Of a DNA stretch of 64,000 bases, positions 61,458 to 64,000 are shown piece after piece. The stretch comes from a virus. Each line of letters opens with the position of its first letter. The first letter of the stretch is position 1. Both the position numbers and the translations under genes were made by a program. Under the pieces are notes generated by a model. That model did no database searches and had not been told where the DNA came from. It saw only the letters and a list, made by a program, of their open reading frames with translations. The stretch spans positions 5,430 through 69,429 of IMG/VR virus record IMGVR_UViG_3300050821_008162; one strand, given 5' to 3'.

Positions 61458-62323
61458 GCCGCCGCCTCCCCAGCGAGCTTGCCGAGGCCGATGCGGTCGA
61501 ACTCGGCCCACACCCTCTGGATCCACGCCCAAACCTCGCCGCGCAACATGCGCGACTCGCCCTTCATGCCGTAGAGGCCGAACAACTGATTCTTGAGGTC
61601 CACATCCTCGGCAGCGCGCCCTTCGAGGTGCGGCACCGCGATGGTGGTCGATGCCAGCGACTCGAGCACAGGGCCAAGCTCCGGATCGTTGGCCCAGCCG
61701 AAATAGCCCTCGTTCTCCGAGATGTAGTTCTTGACGAGGAAATGCAGCGAGCCCCCGCCAATCGCGGCGCGCGTCGTCGGCGCCTCGCCGAGGGACTCGC
61801 GGGTCGGGCCGAGCACATGCAGCAGCACCAGCGCGACGGCGTCCTGCTTGACCTCATCGAGCAGCCGCGCCTTGTCGAGCGTACGGACCAGATGCGAGAG
61901 CATCCCGGCCTTCACATCGATCAGCGTGATCGGCGAGAGCTTGTCGAACACCGCCATCTGGTCGCCGATGTCGTCCATGTCGCGGACTTCCGCGCTCGGC
62001 ACGAACCGCTTGAACACGCCCTTCGGGATCTCGGTGTCGATGGCCCGGAACTGGATGTTGGACTTGGCGAGATATTCCGCCACAGCGCGCGAGACGGTGG
62101 TCTTGCCGACGCCGCCTTTGTCGGCGCCGACCATGATGATCAGCGGTTTCACGGTTCTTCCCTTCGGTTGGGCGATCGGCTCGACCGCCTTGCAGCTGGG
62201 GCAGGTCACGGCCTCGCCGAGGCGCCGCTCCCAGATGAAATGCTCGCCGCACCCGCACTCGATGTGCAGGCCGTCAGGCGCCTCGCGGCCGCGCAGCCGG
62301 TCGGAGCGCGCCAGCAGCCTCAC
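61454..62323 (-). CDS. ParA/MinD-like P-loop ATPase with N-terminal zinc ribbon (alternative internal start GTG 62152)
   Basis: VGADKGGVGKTT deviant Walker A, IDTE, TLIDVKAG, LVKN; upstream in-frame CGCGE...TCPSCK. Confidence 0.8.
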   Translation of the reverse strand: MRLLARSDRLRGREAPDGLHIECGCGEHFIWERRLGEAVTCPSCKAVEPIAQPKGRTVKPLIIMVGADKGGVGKTTVSRAVAEYLAKSNIQFRAIDTEIPKGVFKRFVPSAEVRDMDDIGDQMAVFDKLSPITLIDVKAGMLSHLVRTLDKARLLDEVKQDAVALVLLHVLGPTRESLGEAPTTRAAIGGGSLHFLVKNYISENEGYFGWANDPELGPVLESLASTTIAVPHLEGRAAEDVDLKNQLFGLYGMKGESRMLRGEVWAWIQRVWAEFDRIGLGKLAGEAAA

Positions 62324-62328
62324 GCAGT

Positions 62329-62544
62329 TCAGTATTCGCCGTTGAGCAGCACGAAGGCCCTCGGACTGTCCGTACTGAGCCGCCGCAGCGTGAACGGCTT
62401 GGTCTCGTCGAGCCCATGCTCGTGCAGCGCGGCCTGCAAGAGTCGGCGCGCCTCATCTTCCGATCCGGCGGTCACCACAGAGCACACGCCAACCGGGTAG
62501 TAGCCATCGTGATCGGTGCAAACGTAAATTTCGATCGTGCTCAT
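62329..62544 (-). CDS. Small hypothetical phage protein
   Basis: HDGYYPVGVCSVVTAGSEDEARRLL...VLLNGEY. Confidence 0.6.
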   Translation of the reverse strand: MSTIEIYVCTDHDGYYPVGVCSVVTAGSEDEARRLLQAALHEHGLDETKPFTLRRLSTDSPRAFVLLNGEY

Positions 62545-64000
62545 GCGTCGTAGCTCATCTCCGGCAACTCATCCTCGTGGATCGGCTCAGTAGCTCCAAC
62601 CTCGAGCACCTGCGGCTTCTGCGGGTCGAGCTCGAAGATGCGCGAGCACGCATCGAGGAAGTCGTCATGCGTCGCATACGGATGACGCGATGCCTCGGCG
62701 ATGAAGTGCCGCGTGAGGTCGTAGACCTCGTTGTTCTCGTCGCGCCGCGCGATCGCGGTCACGATGCGGGACTTCTGCTCGGTCTGCGCGCAGTAGCGTT
62801 GCGACCGGGTGAGACCCTGCACCGGCCGGTAGATGACCTGGCCGATGTTGAACGGGCACGGCTTGTCGGGCGTGCCCTCGATCTTCATCTTGGCGTCGTG
62901 GTTCTTCTGGTCGGCGTCGGTCCACACCGTCCAGTAGGACCGGTTGAGATACGGCTCGCGACCGCCGTGGTCGGGGTGCCACGCCACGATGGGCAGGAAG
63001 AAGCGCCCTTCCCGCACGTCCGGCTCCAGCCGCTCGATGCGGTCGTTCTTGGAGTGCCGGCCCTGGCGAGGAGTGTTGATCTCCTCGATGAGAAACTCCT
63101 TGCCCTCGCGCTCCTTGTACTCCTCGATCACCTCGAGGTCGGACTGCATGCCGTACTGCTCGTAGCCGATCCTCACCAACTGCACGCCGCGGTGGCTCGA
63201 CCACTTCGCCTCCAGCTGCTTGATGTACTGCCACCGCTGCGAGAGCTTCATGCGGTGGCAATAACCGTCGAGCAGGTACTTGTTGCCGACAGTGTCGACA
63301 CCGATCACGGCGATCGCGGTGCGGTCGGAGCGTTGCGTCGACCCCTTCGAGGGATCGCACATGATGTAGACGTTCATCACCGACGGGATGATGTCGTAGG
63401 TCTTGAACCACGTCGTGCGGAACGTGGCCTCGTTGCCCGCGATCGGGTTCAAGAGCATCTGCGCCGAGACGGTCGACCGCTGGTCCCGCTTGATCTCGGC
63501 CCAGCGCGCGGCTGAGAGAAACACCGGCTTGCCGTTGAGCGTCCCGTCGTCGGTCGCCGGGTAGATGCGCGGCATGAGCGACTTGCGCTCGATGATGATG
63601 CCGTTCGTGTCAGCGAAGTGATAGCGCGTCCCAGGCATCCATTTGCGGGTGCCCTCGTGGGTGCCGAGGTTGTCGGCCATTTCCCACCGCGCCGTCGTCT
63701 TGGCGATCAGGTCCTCGGACAGGTAGTCCTGGGTGACCACGTCGTCATAGACGTGCAGGCGAAAGTGGCGCGACGTCGGCTGGCCGTCGATGAGACCGTG
63801 CGCCTCGACCGTCGCCTCTTTCGGATTGCCGCGACGCTTGACGGTGATACCGCGCGCCACGCCCCACTTGGCGGGGCGGCCGTCGCCGGCGGTTTTCGAT
63901 TTCGGGTTGGCGTAGAGGACGTCCGAGTACAACAGCTTGAGATAGTCGTTGTTCTCGAGCTCCTCCTTGATCTGCGAGAGGAACTCCTGTGCGATCGGCT
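62541..64000 (-). CDS. terL: Terminase large subunit (5' end outside the window)
   Basis: TSRHF...YDDVV (Walker B), GTRYH..D, QMLLNP, CDPS...SDRTAI.VIG, YEQYG, HDDFLDA. Confidence 0.9.
   Translation of the reverse strand, partial: PIAQEFLSQIKEELENNDYLKLLYSDVLYANPKSKTAGDGRPAKWGVARGITVKRRGNPKEATVEAHGLIDGQPTSRHFRLHVYDDVVTQDYLSEDLIAKTTARWEMADNLGTHEGTRKWMPGTRYHFADTNGIIIERKSLMPRIYPATDDGTLNGKPVFLSAARWAEIKRDQRSTVSAQMLLNPIAGNEATFRTTWFKTYDIIPSVMNVYIMCDPSKGSTQRSDRTAIAVIGVDTVGNKYLLDGYCHRMKLSQRWQYIKQLEAKWSSHRGVQLVRIGYEQYGMQSDLEVIEEYKEREGKEFLIEEINTPRQGRHSKNDRIERLEPDVREGRFFLPIVAWHPDHGGREPYLNRSYWTVWTDADQKNHDAKMKIEGTPDKPCPFNIGQVIYRPVQGLTRSQRYCAQTEQKSRIVTAIARRDENNEVYDLTRHFIAEASRHPYATHDDFLDACSRIFELDPQKPQVLEVGATEPIHEDELPEMSYDA

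Overview
The whole window is part of a high-GC temperate podovirus-type phage genome. The host is probably an alphaproteobacterium (Hyphomicrobiales-like), inferred from the gcrA homologue, the GTA Rcc01079-type head-spike gene and promoter style. From left to right: a leftward early/recombination operon (SbcC-like ATPase, DUF968 nuclease, small ORFs, XRE repressor); a divergent control region; a rightward replication/accessory operon (GcrA, RuvC-like, frameshifted ASCH, DnaA-C HTH, DUF1643, intein-containing DnaB, Gp37/68, excisionase, tyrosine integrase); and an apparently intact attP whose core is the 5' half of tRNA-Ser(GCT). The minus strand from 64000 to about 18200 is the late region: terminase, ParA-like ATPase, portal, accessory virion proteins, scaffold, N4-gp56-like capsid, TPR-glycosyltransferase, adaptor/fibre/nozzle, GNAT, ejection proteins, a 5,599-aa DarB-like polyvalent protein and the lysis cassette. 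The most striking unexplained signal is a set of three small same-strand ORFs nested in the +1 frame inside disordered linkers of the giant gene. Each has a Shine-Dalgarno sequence exactly 7 nt from its start, and each sits just upstream of a globular or effector domain. All family assignments come from motif recognition by eye; no searches were run.
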